DNA of 56,828 bases. Origin: a virus. Taxonomy: Duplodnaviria; Caudoviricetes. Positions 1-8,930 of this stretch are shown one piece after another. Under the pieces are notes generated by a model that did not search any database, was not told where the DNA came from, and saw only the letters and a program-made list of their open reading frames with translations. The stretch spans positions 1 through 56,828 of the IMG/VR virus record IMGVR_UViG_3300025687_000053. One strand, 5' to 3'. A program made the position numbers and the translations under genes. How positions within the stretch are numbered: position 1 is the first letter of the stretch; each line of letters opens with the position of its first letter.

Positions 1-3
1 ATG

Positions 4-129
4 CACGTAACTTTGTATTCATTGTTGATAGTTCAACGGGCTATTGTGAAGTAAAACATGGCACGGATACGCTTGACCAATGGTTGGAACCCACACCAAT
101 CTCTCTAATACAATTTGACAAGATGATGG
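4..129 (+). repeat. Terminal overlap, left copy (126 bp, identical to 56703..56828)
   Basis: CACGTAACTTTGTATTCATT...GACAAGATGATGG occurs at both ends. Bases 1-3 differ from the right-hand context by a 1-nt deletion (ATGCAC vs ATGCCAC). Confidence 0.95.
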
Positions 130-326
130 GTGTTGTGTACCAAAGAGTCGTACAATGTACGGGAGAAGCCGCCCTATTGGTTAAGCGCAATGGAAAATGG
201 CGTGTACGTGCTGAGGGAACGTTTCCTTTCTGCAAAGCGGAAGAAGAAATGTGTCATACTAGATTTGATTCTACTTTAGTTACTTATCAATTTAATATAG
301 AAAAATATGTCAACAAATCCAAATAA
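84..326 (+). CDS. 3' part of a hypothetical gene spanning the circular junction (starts near 56642)
   Basis: The frame ATG AAG AAG ATG ACA... from 56642 reads open through the overlap into LEPTPISLIQFDKMM. Confidence 0.75.
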   Translation: MEPTPISLIQFDKMMGVVYQRVVQCTGEAALLVKRNGKWRVRAEGTFPFCKAEEEMCHTRFDSTLVTYQFNIEKYVNKSK

Positions 327-411
327 ACTATTTAAAAGAATTATCTTGATATACATGCTTACTATGTTTATCATATTTCTAATCAGAATCTATTTAAAAA
401 CAAATGGCTAA
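307..411 (+). CDS. Small membrane peptide (34 aa, MSTNPNKLFKRIILIYMLTMFIIFLIRIYLKTNG)
   Basis: Read by hand. One hydrophobic segment; overlaps both neighbouring ORFs. Confidence 0.4.
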   Translation: MSTNPNKLFKRIILIYMLTMFIIFLIRIYLKTNG

Positions 412-562
412 GAGGAACACAATTGAAAAGCGTCGCAAGAAGGCGATGGAGAATTATCGACAGACAGGGATGTCTAAGTACGAAAGAAAACGCAGAGAAT
501 TAAACAGGGTAGAACACCCTGCAGCAATGTTAGCAAGATGTCACGGCGGACCACAAAAGTAG
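404..562 (+). CDS. Small basic hypothetical protein (52 aa, MAKRNTIEKRRKKAM...)
   Basis: Read by hand. A-rich leader before the ATG; fills the gap before the helicase. Confidence 0.55.
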   Translation: MAKRNTIEKRRKKAMENYRQTGMSKYERKRRELNRVEHPAAMLARCHGGPQK

Positions 563-2259
563 CGAGCGTCTATATAGGACAATATAACGAGGAGTGCATT
601 CGTTGTGACTTTGATTACAATATGAATGACATTTGTGATATTAAGGCTATCAATGGTTCTTACTGGTATAAGCGGGAAAATTGTTGGATTGTACCGTTAA
701 ACCTGGACAACTGTTTTCACCTCAAAAAGAAACTCAAATACAAGTTTAAATTCAATCTGCGGCAATGGGCTAATAATGTATACAAACGCCAAGAGAGGAA
801 ACTGGGTAAACTACAGATTGAGGGGTTGGGTGGTACACTACTACCATTCCAAAATGAAGGCGTGCAGTTGATTAACCTGTTTCAAGGGCGTGCTATACTG
901 GGTGATGAAATGGGTTTGGGTAAGACAGTCCAAGCCCTCGCCTATGCCCAGTTGAACAAACGGTTTAGACCTATGTTAATCGTATGTCCAGGTTTGATGA
1001 AATATAAATGGGCTGACGAGGTTAGACATTGGATTGGTGAGACAGACATAACCATTTTGGAAGGACGTACACCTTACCCAGTACATCCATCGGGGATATT
1101 TATTATCAATTATGATATTCTCCATTACTGGGAACGCCAGTTAGTTCATATTCCCTTTGAATTAGTTGTTATCGATGAACTGCATTACTTAAAGAATAAG
1201 GGGACAAAGAAGTCCCCTGTTAAGCGTACAAACGCCGCTTTGAATATTACCCGTAACATCCGATATCGTTTGGGGTTAACAGGGACGCTGAGTACAGGGA
1301 AAGTTCTGGATATGTTCATACCACTGAAAATCATTAACCCCTACATCTTCACCAACGAATGGAAGTACAAACACAGGTATTGCGGACCCAAGCATAACGG
1401 GTTTGGGTGGGACTTCGATGGTGTATCTAACGCACAGGAGTTACACAACATACTGAAAGAGAAGATTCTTATACGTAGGTTAAAGAAAGATGTGCTTAAA
1501 GACCTACCTGATAAGCAATATAGTTTAACCCAGTTCGATATCGATGGTCGTGGGGATTATGATATGGCTGAACAAAGATACTTGACTTTCCTAGAGAACA
1601 TGGTGGAGGGGAAGGTCAAGCGGTATCTGCAACAATTCTATGATGATAAGATTGGTTGCGTTACCATTGACCACGTGAAGTTAGATGCCATGAAAAAACA
1701 GGCTACTGAAAAGGCTAATGCCCTTACCCAAATGGAACACCTCAGACAGTTGTGTGTCAATGGTAAGTTAGACCAGTGCATTGCTTGGATTGCGGAGTTT
1801 CTTGAAAGTGGTGAAAAGCTATGTGTGTTTGGTATTCACAAACCCTTTGTCCGTAAAATATACGAGCACTTTAAGAGTAAGGCATTACTGATAGCAGGTG
1901 GTACAAGTGCCAAACAAAAAGCACAAATTGAAAAACAATTTCAAACCAATAAAAAATATCGCCTATTAGTAGGAAATGTGAAGGCTGCCGGAATTGGTTT
2001 AACTTTAACAGCTGCCAGTCATATAGCCTTGTTTGAGTTCCCCTGGAACCCAGATGAATTGGCACAAGCCATAGACCGTGTTCACCGTATAACGCAGGAT
2101 AAGAAAGTGATGGTTCATTTACTGGTAAGCCGCGACACGGTTGAACGTAGGATGTTGAAAACCTTGTACGGTAAACAACAGACATCGGATTTGGTGTTGG
2201 ATGGTGGTGTAAGGGAAACGACATTAGAATTACAAACGATAATAAATAGAATAGCATGA
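538..2259 (+). CDS. SNF2/SWI2-family (HARP-like) helicase
   Basis: Motif I GDEMGLGKT, DELH, LTGT, C-terminal GIGLTLTAA and QAIDRVHRITQ. Confidence 0.92.
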   Translation: MSRRTTKVASVYIGQYNEECIRCDFDYNMNDICDIKAINGSYWYKRENCWIVPLNLDNCFHLKKKLKYKFKFNLRQWANNVYKRQERKLGKLQIEGLGGTLLPFQNEGVQLINLFQGRAILGDEMGLGKTVQALAYAQLNKRFRPMLIVCPGLMKYKWADEVRHWIGETDITILEGRTPYPVHPSGIFIINYDILHYWERQLVHIPFELVVIDELHYLKNKGTKKSPVKRTNAALNITRNIRYRLGLTGTLSTGKVLDMFIPLKIINPYIFTNEWKYKHRYCGPKHNGFGWDFDGVSNAQELHNILKEKILIRRLKKDVLKDLPDKQYSLTQFDIDGRGDYDMAEQRYLTFLENMVEGKVKRYLQQFYDDKIGCVTIDHVKLDAMKKQATEKANALTQMEHLRQLCVNGKLDQCIAWIAEFLESGEKLCVFGIHKPFVRKIYEHFKSKALLIAGGTSAKQKAQIEKQFQTNKKYRLLVGNVKAAGIGLTLTAASHIALFEFPWNPDELAQAIDRVHRITQDKKVMVHLLVSRDTVERRMLKTLYGKQQTSDLVLDGGVRETTLELQTIINRIA

Positions 2260-2522
2260 AAAAACTTTACCCCCCGCAATACGCGGAAAGCAACACAACA
2301 GATGATTTTGCAATAGTTGTAAGATACTGTGGAGAGACTGTTCCCATTTTTAACTTGAAAGAAAAAGTAGGGGAAGTCACGGTGCAATTGATTCACGGAG
2401 AAATTAATTTTACCTGTCATATAAAGGAAGAATTTATTGAATTGATCGATGCTCAAAAGCTACACAACGCATTTGTTAAAGAAGAGTTAGTTCGTCTGCA
2501 AATTAATAGCATAATAAAATGA
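2256..2522 (+). CDS. Hypothetical protein
   Basis: Start overlaps the upstream stop (ATGA); its own stop overlaps the next start. Confidence 0.7.
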   Translation: MKKLYPPQYAESNTTDDFAIVVRYCGETVPIFNLKEKVGEVTVQLIHGEINFTCHIKEEFIELIDAQKLHNAFVKEELVRLQINSIIK

Positions 2523-3415
2523 ACATCGAACAACTGTACCGTGACCACAACATCCGTTTCGTAACGGAGGGACACAAACACGCCCGCGAAGGTTGGGTGA
2601 ATGTGGAATGTCCGTTTTGTACTGGTAATCCTGGATATCATTTGGGATACGATACGATCGGGAACAAATTCGTCTGCTGGCGTTGTGGTGGTAAACACGC
2701 CGACCAAGTTATTAGCAAACTTCTTAGAGTAGGTACAGGGGAAGCAAAGACCTTATTAAGACAATACGGTAGTCTAGTCCACAAAGTACCGGAGAAGAGA
2801 GCTAAGATAGGAACAAAGAGGTTTAAATTACCACCACACACCCAACCACTAGCACAAGCCCATAGAAACTATCTTGAAGACAGGGGATTCGCCCCTGACC
2901 TGTTGATTGATTTATATGGTTTACAAGGAACAGGGATATACAGCAGATTGGACAACATTGATTATAGTCGTAGGATAGTGATCCCGTATATGTGGGGTGA
3001 CGAAATAGTTAGTTTTGATTGCCGCGACATTACTAACAAAAGCCAATATAAATACATGGCGTGCAGTGAAGCGCGGGAAAAGATTAATCATAAGCATATT
3101 CTTTACGGTAGTCAACCTCTTTGGGGAGATACTGGTATATGTGTGGAGGGGTGTACAGATGTTTGGCGTATGGGTGTTAATAGTTTTGCTACATCTGGTA
3201 TTAAGTACACGCCAAAACAGCTAAGGCTTATAGCCAAGACATTCAAACGTGTACCAGTATTATTCGACCCTGATCCACAGGGTATCAAACAAGCAAACAA
3301 ATTAATAAGTGATTTGAAGTTTCGTGGGGTGGATAGTTTTAGAGTAGACATTGAGACGGATCCCGGCGACCTCACTCAAACAGAGGCGGATTATTTGGTA
3401 AAACAATTGATTTAA
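2519..3415 (+). CDS. DNA primase (Zn finger plus TOPRIM)
   Basis: CPFC...CWRC zinc finger, CVEG.TD, LFDPD..G and DPGD TOPRIM motifs. Confidence 0.88.
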   Translation: MNIEQLYRDHNIRFVTEGHKHAREGWVNVECPFCTGNPGYHLGYDTIGNKFVCWRCGGKHADQVISKLLRVGTGEAKTLLRQYGSLVHKVPEKRAKIGTKRFKLPPHTQPLAQAHRNYLEDRGFAPDLLIDLYGLQGTGIYSRLDNIDYSRRIVIPYMWGDEIVSFDCRDITNKSQYKYMACSEAREKINHKHILYGSQPLWGDTGICVEGCTDVWRMGVNSFATSGIKYTPKQLRLIAKTFKRVPVLFDPDPQGIKQANKLISDLKFRGVDSFRVDIETDPGDLTQTEADYLVKQLI

Positions 3416-3426
3416 AAAATTAAACT

Positions 3427-3434
3427 TATATTTG
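3427..3434 (+). promoter_or_regulatory. Bacteroidota sigma-A -7 element TATATTTG
   Basis: Matches TAnnTTTG in an AT-rich intergenic gap about 30 nt before ATG 3467. Confidence 0.6.
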
Positions 3435-3466
3435 TGTTAAGGTTTAAAAAATTAAATCACAAGACG

Positions 3467-3628
3467 ATGGCAAAAACGATTGAACATAATGGTAAAAAGT
3501 ACCTTCCTGTAAAGGACTTTGCGGACAAGATGGAGATATCTGTGCAAGCAGTTTATCAAGGTCTTAAAGCAGGTACGTATCAAGGGTATAAATTAGGCAA
3601 CTACCAACTAGTACAGGTAGAAGAGTAA
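3467..3628 (+). CDS. Small HTH DNA-binding protein
   Basis: YLPVKDFADKMEISVQAVYQ helix-turn-helix pattern. Confidence 0.7.
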   Translation: MAKTIEHNGKKYLPVKDFADKMEISVQAVYQGLKAGTYQGYKLGNYQLVQVEE

Positions 3629-3629
3629 C

Positions 3630-4400
3630 ATGAAAAAAACCAAATTACAATATTTTAAATTTGACGCCAGTGAATGGATGATTGGTGACATCACTACCTG
3701 TACAATGGAAGCACAGGGTTTGTTCGCCAACCTATGTGCATTCTATTGGATGCGTGAATGCGTCGTATCATTGGGTATTGTACAGAATAAGTATCCCGAA
3801 CACGCACATCTATTAAATGAATTGATTGACAATGGGGTTATCAAAAGTAATGAAGACCATATTGTCATTGAGTTTTTAGATGAACAAATGGTGGATGTGA
3901 AGAAGTTATCAGAGATACGACGTGACGCTGGAAGTAAAGGGGGGCAGGCAAAAAGTAGCAAATGCTTAGCAAATGGTAAGCAATTGCCAATATACAAAGA
4001 CAAAGACGAAGACTTTGTTTTACCAAAAAAACAAACAAAAAAGGTTTTTAAACGAACGAAACCTTCCAAAAGAGAAAACAAACACCGTCCAATATTTTCT
4101 GAATATGAATGGTTTAGAGATGACGTCCAAAAGATGTGGGATGAAGAATGGTGGCCACTGAAAATGGAGAAAGGTTGTTCACCAAGTGACAATGCAATTA
4201 GACGAGCCCTGAACAAGATTGAAAAGTTTAGTGACGGGGATTACGATACTGCCCTAGAAATATTAACACAGAGCGTTGATCGGGGGTGGACGGACATCTG
4301 GGGTCTAAAAACAAACAAAAAAGACGTCAATCGTCGCGGCTCCCGTAACTTTACATCTCCAGAGGGTGTAGAGTACAGAGAGGGGGTTACCGTACGTTAG
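3630..4400 (+). CDS. Phage replication initiator-like protein (YdaU/DUF1376-like N-terminus)
   Basis: N-terminus YFKFDASEWMIGDI...EAQGLF...YW, R..AGSKGG motif, C-terminal W....P.K and QSVDRGW. Lies upstream of a DnaC-like ATPase. Confidence 0.7.
   Translation: MKKTKLQYFKFDASEWMIGDITTCTMEAQGLFANLCAFYWMRECVVSLGIVQNKYPEHAHLLNELIDNGVIKSNEDHIVIEFLDEQMVDVKKLSEIRRDAGSKGGQAKSSKCLANGKQLPIYKDKDEDFVLPKKQTKKVFKRTKPSKRENKHRPIFSEYEWFRDDVQKMWDEEWWPLKMEKGCSPSDNAIRRALNKIEKFSDGDYDTALEILTQSVDRGWTDIWGLKTNKKDVNRRGSRNFTSPEGVEYREGVTVR
3956..3986 (+). repeat. Iteron-like repeats (TAGCAAATG, TAGCAAATG, AAGCAATTG; 11-bp period)
   Basis: Inside the initiator gene and followed by an A-rich stretch, as in lambda O-type origins. 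Confidence 0.45.
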
Positions 4401-4427
4401 AGACGATAAAATTAAAACACGATAACA

Positions 4428-4784
4428 ATGGAACGAACTAAGAAGAAATTTACCCGTACAAAGAAGGCAGATAAACCAACCTTCACCCGTACCAAAAAGA
4501 AATCTGGTTTCGTACGAACCAAGAAAAAAGAAGTACCACCCATTCAGATCCGGATTAAAGGTGAAATGACTGAGGACAGCCCAATGCCTACTGGAATGTT
4601 CAAAGGAGAGCGCGTTGGGGATATGTGGCCTGAGTATTTATATCGTATCTATAACGACGGCATGTGTACGCCTAAATTGAAACGGTACATAGAAACAAGG
4701 ATGAAAGATATAGAAGAACAAATCCAAGAAAACAAAAACAACCATAATCGGGAAATGCGTAAGTTGCGGGGAGGTAAGAAATGA
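4428..4784 (+). CDS. Protein with four N-terminal RTKK repeats plus a DUF3820-like domain
   Basis: MERTKKKFTRTKK...FTRTKKK...FVRTKKK; MPTGMFKGERVGDMWPEYLYRI resembles the MPFGKYKG...P..YL.W domain. Confidence 0.7.
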   Translation: MERTKKKFTRTKKADKPTFTRTKKKSGFVRTKKKEVPPIQIRIKGEMTEDSPMPTGMFKGERVGDMWPEYLYRIYNDGMCTPKLKRYIETRMKDIEEQIQENKNNHNREMRKLRGGKK

Positions 4785-5392
4785 GAAAACTAAGCCCTGA
4801 ACAAATACAACACAACACCAAGCAATGGGAAGACGTTTGGAAGATTCATCTGTTTAAAGAATTACAGAAAACAAACCCCCGTATATATAAGGTAATAACA
4901 GCCCCCAATTTCAAAGGCACAAAGTATAACACCATACCGACCAGCGCATATCTGTTCGGTGGTGTAGGTACTGGTAAAACGGTTGAGGCAATCTGGATGT
5001 TAATAGAGTGGACTCGTATGCGCATTATGAATAGCCAACCGATAAAAGGATTGGGCTTGTTTGTTACTTGCGAAGAATTGTTCCAATCCATACGGAACAC
5101 ATACAACAAAAAGAGTGACGTTACAGAACAAACTCTATTAGACCTTTATCAAGAAGCGGAAATGTTGGTGATTGATGATTTAGGCGTAATGAATACCAGT
5201 GATTGGACGTATAAGATACTGTACCAGATTGTTGATTACCGTTACAGCAATTTCCTGCCCACCATTTACACCAGCAATATGAGTCTGGCTGACTTGGCTA
5301 AGGTACTGGGGGATGATAGAATACCAGACAGGATACAACATGACTGCAAAGATAATATATATAATTACAAACGTAAATCAAGGAGGATGTAA
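4781..5392 (+). CDS. DnaC/IstB-like AAA+ helicase loader
   Basis: Walker A GGVGTGKT, Walker B LVIDDLG, TIYTSN, DRI.DRI. Confidence 0.88.
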   Translation: MRKLSPEQIQHNTKQWEDVWKIHLFKELQKTNPRIYKVITAPNFKGTKYNTIPTSAYLFGGVGTGKTVEAIWMLIEWTRMRIMNSQPIKGLGLFVTCEELFQSIRNTYNKKSDVTEQTLLDLYQEAEMLVIDDLGVMNTSDWTYKILYQIVDYRYSNFLPTIYTSNMSLADLAKVLGDDRIPDRIQHDCKDNIYNYKRKSRRM

Positions 5393-5393
5393 T

Positions 5394-6089
5394 ATGAAAA
5401 CAAATGATTTAATAAAAGAATACAACGCTAAGATTTACGAGGCTATACATGGTCAGGGCAAGTTGACAACGCAATCGGTTAAAGATGTTTTAAAAGATTT
5501 TGCAAGTGCGTTACTCAAACCATCAGACAAGCAAGAGAAAAACAACGAGGAGGAGAAGAATGTAAAATGTGATAACTGGAATAACTGTCCTGCGCTAAAG
5601 GATAGCTGTTGTTATTCTCTAAATAGTAATAGATATGGGTGCTTCAACCCACCCACAGACCATAATGTTGACGTTAACAAAGCCGAAAGGAATTGTAAAA
5701 CTTGTGGTGATTCAGGATTATATTGTGTTTACATACCAAATGGTCAAGGTGGATGTAAAGTTTGGTTTAAATCTAAAGCCGAAAGCAAACCCGAAGTGAA
5801 GGAGGTTATAGGAGGCTTTGCAGAGGGGAATTATTCTTGTAAATGTATTAACTGTGGAGATATATTTCAAGGAAATAAAAGGGCAGTTCAATGCAAGCCG
5901 TGTGCTTTAAAAGTTAGCGCAAAGGATAAGGAAGTCAAGTTGAGTAGTATACATTCCACTCTTGTTGATTTAAAGTGTGGCGATACTGACGTAGAAAAAG
6001 CCTTATCGGATATAACACAAATTATTGACTCTTTTCACCCCAAAGGAACACAGGTAATAACCATTAAAATTAAACTATGGAATACGTAA
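5394..6089 (+). CDS. Cys-rich patchwork hypothetical protein
   Basis: Several CxxC/CC modules; start taken at MKTND. Confidence 0.6.
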   Translation: MKTNDLIKEYNAKIYEAIHGQGKLTTQSVKDVLKDFASALLKPSDKQEKNNEEEKNVKCDNWNNCPALKDSCCYSLNSNRYGCFNPPTDHNVDVNKAERNCKTCGDSGLYCVYIPNGQGGCKVWFKSKAESKPEVKEVIGGFAEGNYSCKCINCGDIFQGNKRAVQCKPCALKVSAKDKEVKLSSIHSTLVDLKCGDTDVEKALSDITQIIDSFHPKGTQVITIKIKLWNT

Positions 6090-6340
6090 CTGAAATATTA
6101 CAAGCAAGAATCTCAACACATCTAGCTCAAATGAACAATTGGACTAGTAAAGGTAATATAAGTATGGTGAATCAATGTCAAGAAAAGATAAATGAGCTAT
6201 CAAAAGCCATAGAAATGCTTGAAAATGTTACAAGCGAGGAACACAAGCAACCAAACATATTAGACTACATGGCTAATGGCGATACTGATTGGGAGTTGTA
6301 TGCAAAGGCTCTTGAAAAATATTGTAAAGTGGATGCGTGA
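6077..6340 (+). CDS. Hypothetical protein
   Basis: ORF track; overlaps the previous gene. Confidence 0.6.
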   Translation: MEYVTEILQARISTHLAQMNNWTSKGNISMVNQCQEKINELSKAIEMLENVTSEEHKQPNILDYMANGDTDWELYAKALEKYCKVDA

Positions 6341-6359
6341 TAAAATGACAAGGGAATGA

Positions 6360-6492
6360 TAACGTTGAGTATAAGAAACGTAGCGTTTTGAAATACTGAA
6401 CATCAAAAACTTACAAAAGTAAAATTGAAATAGAAAACTTAATATTAACCACTGATGGAGCTATGTTTTTTTATACATTGTTACCGCCAGTT
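6360..6492. repeat. attC-like imperfect palindromic recombination site
   Basis: TAAC at 6360; GTATAAGAAACGTAGC (6369-6384) pairs with GCTATGTTTTTTTATAC (6460-6476) leaving one extra base; then GTTA at 6480. Confidence 0.55.
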
Positions 6493-6505
6493 AATTATTA
6501 AAATT

Positions 6506-6757
6506 ATGTACGGAGATACAAGACAGAAATACGTGAGGCTTAAAGAGTATGACCAAATAATCATATTCCCTCAGATAATTGAACACAGCACATTTAGACA
6601 CCTAGAGCCAGTGAGCGCAGGATTTTGTAGCGTTGGTGATGATATGATAATTTGTAATGGTGGAAGCGTATCTTTAAACTTAGACAGTAAGGAAGATGAT
6701 AGTTTCGTAGCTACAAAACAAGTATTTGGATGGGATGCCGCAGAAGCTCTGCTCTAA
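6506..6757 (+). CDS. Hypothetical protein in a cassette-like unit
   Basis: Flanked by the inverted pair GTTACCGCCAGTT (6480-6492) and AATTGGCGGTAAC (6756-6768). Confidence 0.7.
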   Translation: MYGDTRQKYVRLKEYDQIIIFPQIIEHSTFRHLEPVSAGFCSVGDDMIICNGGSVSLNLDSKEDDSFVATKQVFGWDAAEALL

Positions 6758-6838
6758 TTGGCGGTAACATCTGTATAAACAACAGTAAACGATTGCGCAA
6801 ACGCATAATGAGATAAATTAACCAAATAAAACAGTACT

Positions 6839-6967
6839 ATGAAAACAGCTGCAATACTCTTTATCTTCCTCACATCCTGCGCCACTCTAGACAGACATTA
6901 TAATCCTGAGACGGAGGTAAAGAAGATCGAGACAAAGGAGTTCGACCAGATAATTGAAAAATTTTAA
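6839..6967 (+). CDS. Small putative lipoprotein (42 aa, MKTAAILFIFLTSCATLDR...)
   Basis: Read by hand. Short signal peptide ending in the lipobox LTS-C. Confidence 0.55.
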   Translation: MKTAAILFIFLTSCATLDRHYNPETEVKKIETKEFDQIIEKF

Positions 6968-6987
6968 ACTATAGAGAAAAAGTAGTA

Positions 6988-8556
6988 ATGATAGAACGCA
7001 AAATACTCATAGGATTAATAACATCCACCCCATACACAAAGGCAATTCGTCGTATGTGGGACCCGATGTTGATTGAGTCAACTACTGCACGCACCCTGTG
7101 CAAATGGGCGATAGAATACTTCGACCAGTATAACAAGGCGCCGGGACAACACATAGAGGATATCTATTATCGTAAACTCCAAGAGGGGTTAGACAAGGAC
7201 ACGGCAGAGGAAATTGAAGAAGACATATTACCAGACCTGAGTGAGGAGTATGTCAAAAAGGGGTTAGATGTTGAGTACCTGAAGAACGAAACTGTAGACC
7301 ATTTCAATGCCGTTGGGTTGGCTAAACTTGGTGAGTCCATTAGTGATTTAATGGAATCAAAACAAGACACACTAGAAGAACGTCTACAACAAGCCCAAAA
7401 GCTACGTGACGAGTACACACCCATAACACAAAATAAAGATGATAGCGTTGACTTTAGCCACTCCACAGCCCTAAGAAAACTACGCAAAGCATTTAAGAAC
7501 CCCGCCGAACCACTTATTAGATTCGGAAAGGAGTTGGGTAAGTTTATCAATCGCCAACTTGTACGGGGTGCTTTCGTTAGTTTCCTAGCCCCTGAGAAAC
7601 GGGGGAAGACTTACCTGTTACTAGCACTAGCTAAGCAAGCCGTTCGTCAAGGTCGCAAGGTAGCGTTCTTTCAAGCAGGGGATATGAACGAATCGGAACA
7701 GATGTTAAGATTTGCTGTCAATCTAACCCGTACCAATTATGAGGAGAAGTATTGCAAGGAACATTATCAACCAGTGAGGGATTGTCGTTTAAATCAAACA
7801 GATGAATGCGACAGACCTGAAAGGGAGTGTGGCTTTGGTCCGATGGACGATGGTAAACATATGGATGATTATTCGTACGATCAGTTTATTGAATTGGTTC
7901 AGGCTAATATGGATTACAGACCATGCCATAATTGCAAGATGTATAATGAACGTCGGTTGGGGGCAGTATGGTTGGAGAAGGTTGATGAGAAAGAACCCTT
8001 AGAGTTCCCAGAAGCCAGAAAGGCGTGGGATAAATACTTTGTGAAACATAACAGGAGTATTCGTTTAAGCACGCACGCCAACGGAACATTGTCTGTCAGG
8101 GAAATTGAAAGCATCTTAAACAATTGGGAACAAGATGACGGGTTTATACCTGACGTTATATTGATTGATTATATGGACATCCTAGTACCCAGTATTAGGA
8201 CAGACTTTCGACATCAGGAAAACCAGAAGTGGAAAGACGTGCGTAAGTTAAGCCAAACCAAACGGGGGGGACAATTGCCGTTGGTCATTTCGCCAACACA
8301 AGCAGACGCTGACGCGTATAAACGATATCGACTAGAATTAAGTAACTTTAGCGAGGATAAGCGTAAATACGCACACGTGACAGCCTTCTACGGTATGAAT
8401 CAAGACCCCTATGGTGTCGAAAAGAAGTTGGGGTTGTTACGGTTAAATGAATTAGTAGTAAGGGAAGGATCTTTTGACGCAGCTAATGAAGTAACACTAC
8501 TCCAAAACCTACGCCAAGGACGCCCGATAACAGGGAGCTTTTTTAATTACAAATAA
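6988..8556 (+). CDS. DnaB-like (SF4) replicative helicase with a Cys-rich insertion
   Basis: Walker A APEKRGKT, ILIDYMD, SPTQA, NFSEDKRK; insertion with C...C...C...C...CHNC. Confidence 0.85.
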   Translation: MIERKILIGLITSTPYTKAIRRMWDPMLIESTTARTLCKWAIEYFDQYNKAPGQHIEDIYYRKLQEGLDKDTAEEIEEDILPDLSEEYVKKGLDVEYLKNETVDHFNAVGLAKLGESISDLMESKQDTLEERLQQAQKLRDEYTPITQNKDDSVDFSHSTALRKLRKAFKNPAEPLIRFGKELGKFINRQLVRGAFVSFLAPEKRGKTYLLLALAKQAVRQGRKVAFFQAGDMNESEQMLRFAVNLTRTNYEEKYCKEHYQPVRDCRLNQTDECDRPERECGFGPMDDGKHMDDYSYDQFIELVQANMDYRPCHNCKMYNERRLGAVWLEKVDEKEPLEFPEARKAWDKYFVKHNRSIRLSTHANGTLSVREIESILNNWEQDDGFIPDVILIDYMDILVPSIRTDFRHQENQKWKDVRKLSQTKRGGQLPLVISPTQADADAYKRYRLELSNFSEDKRKYAHVTAFYGMNQDPYGVEKKLGLLRLNELVVREGSFDAANEVTLLQNLRQGRPITGSFFNYK

Positions 8557-8570
8557 TAAACTGAAAAACT

Positions 8571-8930
8571 ATGTACAAAATCACAAAGGAGTTTCATTTT
8601 TGTGCCAGTCACGAATTGTTACACCTACCAAAGACGCACCCGTGTTACAGGTTACACGGACACAACTACGTAATCAAAGTTGAACTGCAAGCCAAGAAAC
8701 TTGGAGCCGATGGGTTCATTGTTGATTACAGGAAATTAGACTGTATTAAACAGTACATCGACCAGAAACTAGACCACCGCCATTTGAATGACGTGTTGCC
8801 AGAAGGTGTTAGACCAACCGCAGAAACAATGGCTAAACACTTCTATGAAAGGTTTAAACTATTAGTGCCCGAATTGAGTGCTGTGGAAATAAGTGAAACG
8901 CCTAAAACAAACGCAAGATATGAACCCTAA
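8571..8930 (+). CDS. queD: 6-carboxy-5,6,7,8-tetrahydropterin synthase
   Basis: F.ASH.L, C.RLHGHNY, LDHRHLND, PTAE, ETP. Confidence 0.95.
   Translation: MYKITKEFHFCASHELLHLPKTHPCYRLHGHNYVIKVELQAKKLGADGFIVDYRKLDCIKQYIDQKLDHRHLNDVLPEGVRPTAETMAKHFYERFKLLVPELSAVEISETPKTNARYEP

Noticed and set aside
1-129. Terminal repeat as a biological direct terminal repeat
   Set aside because: It is about 126 bp, cuts through a gene and has a 1-nt discrepancy at the contig edge. This fits an assembly overlap of a circularly permuted genome better.
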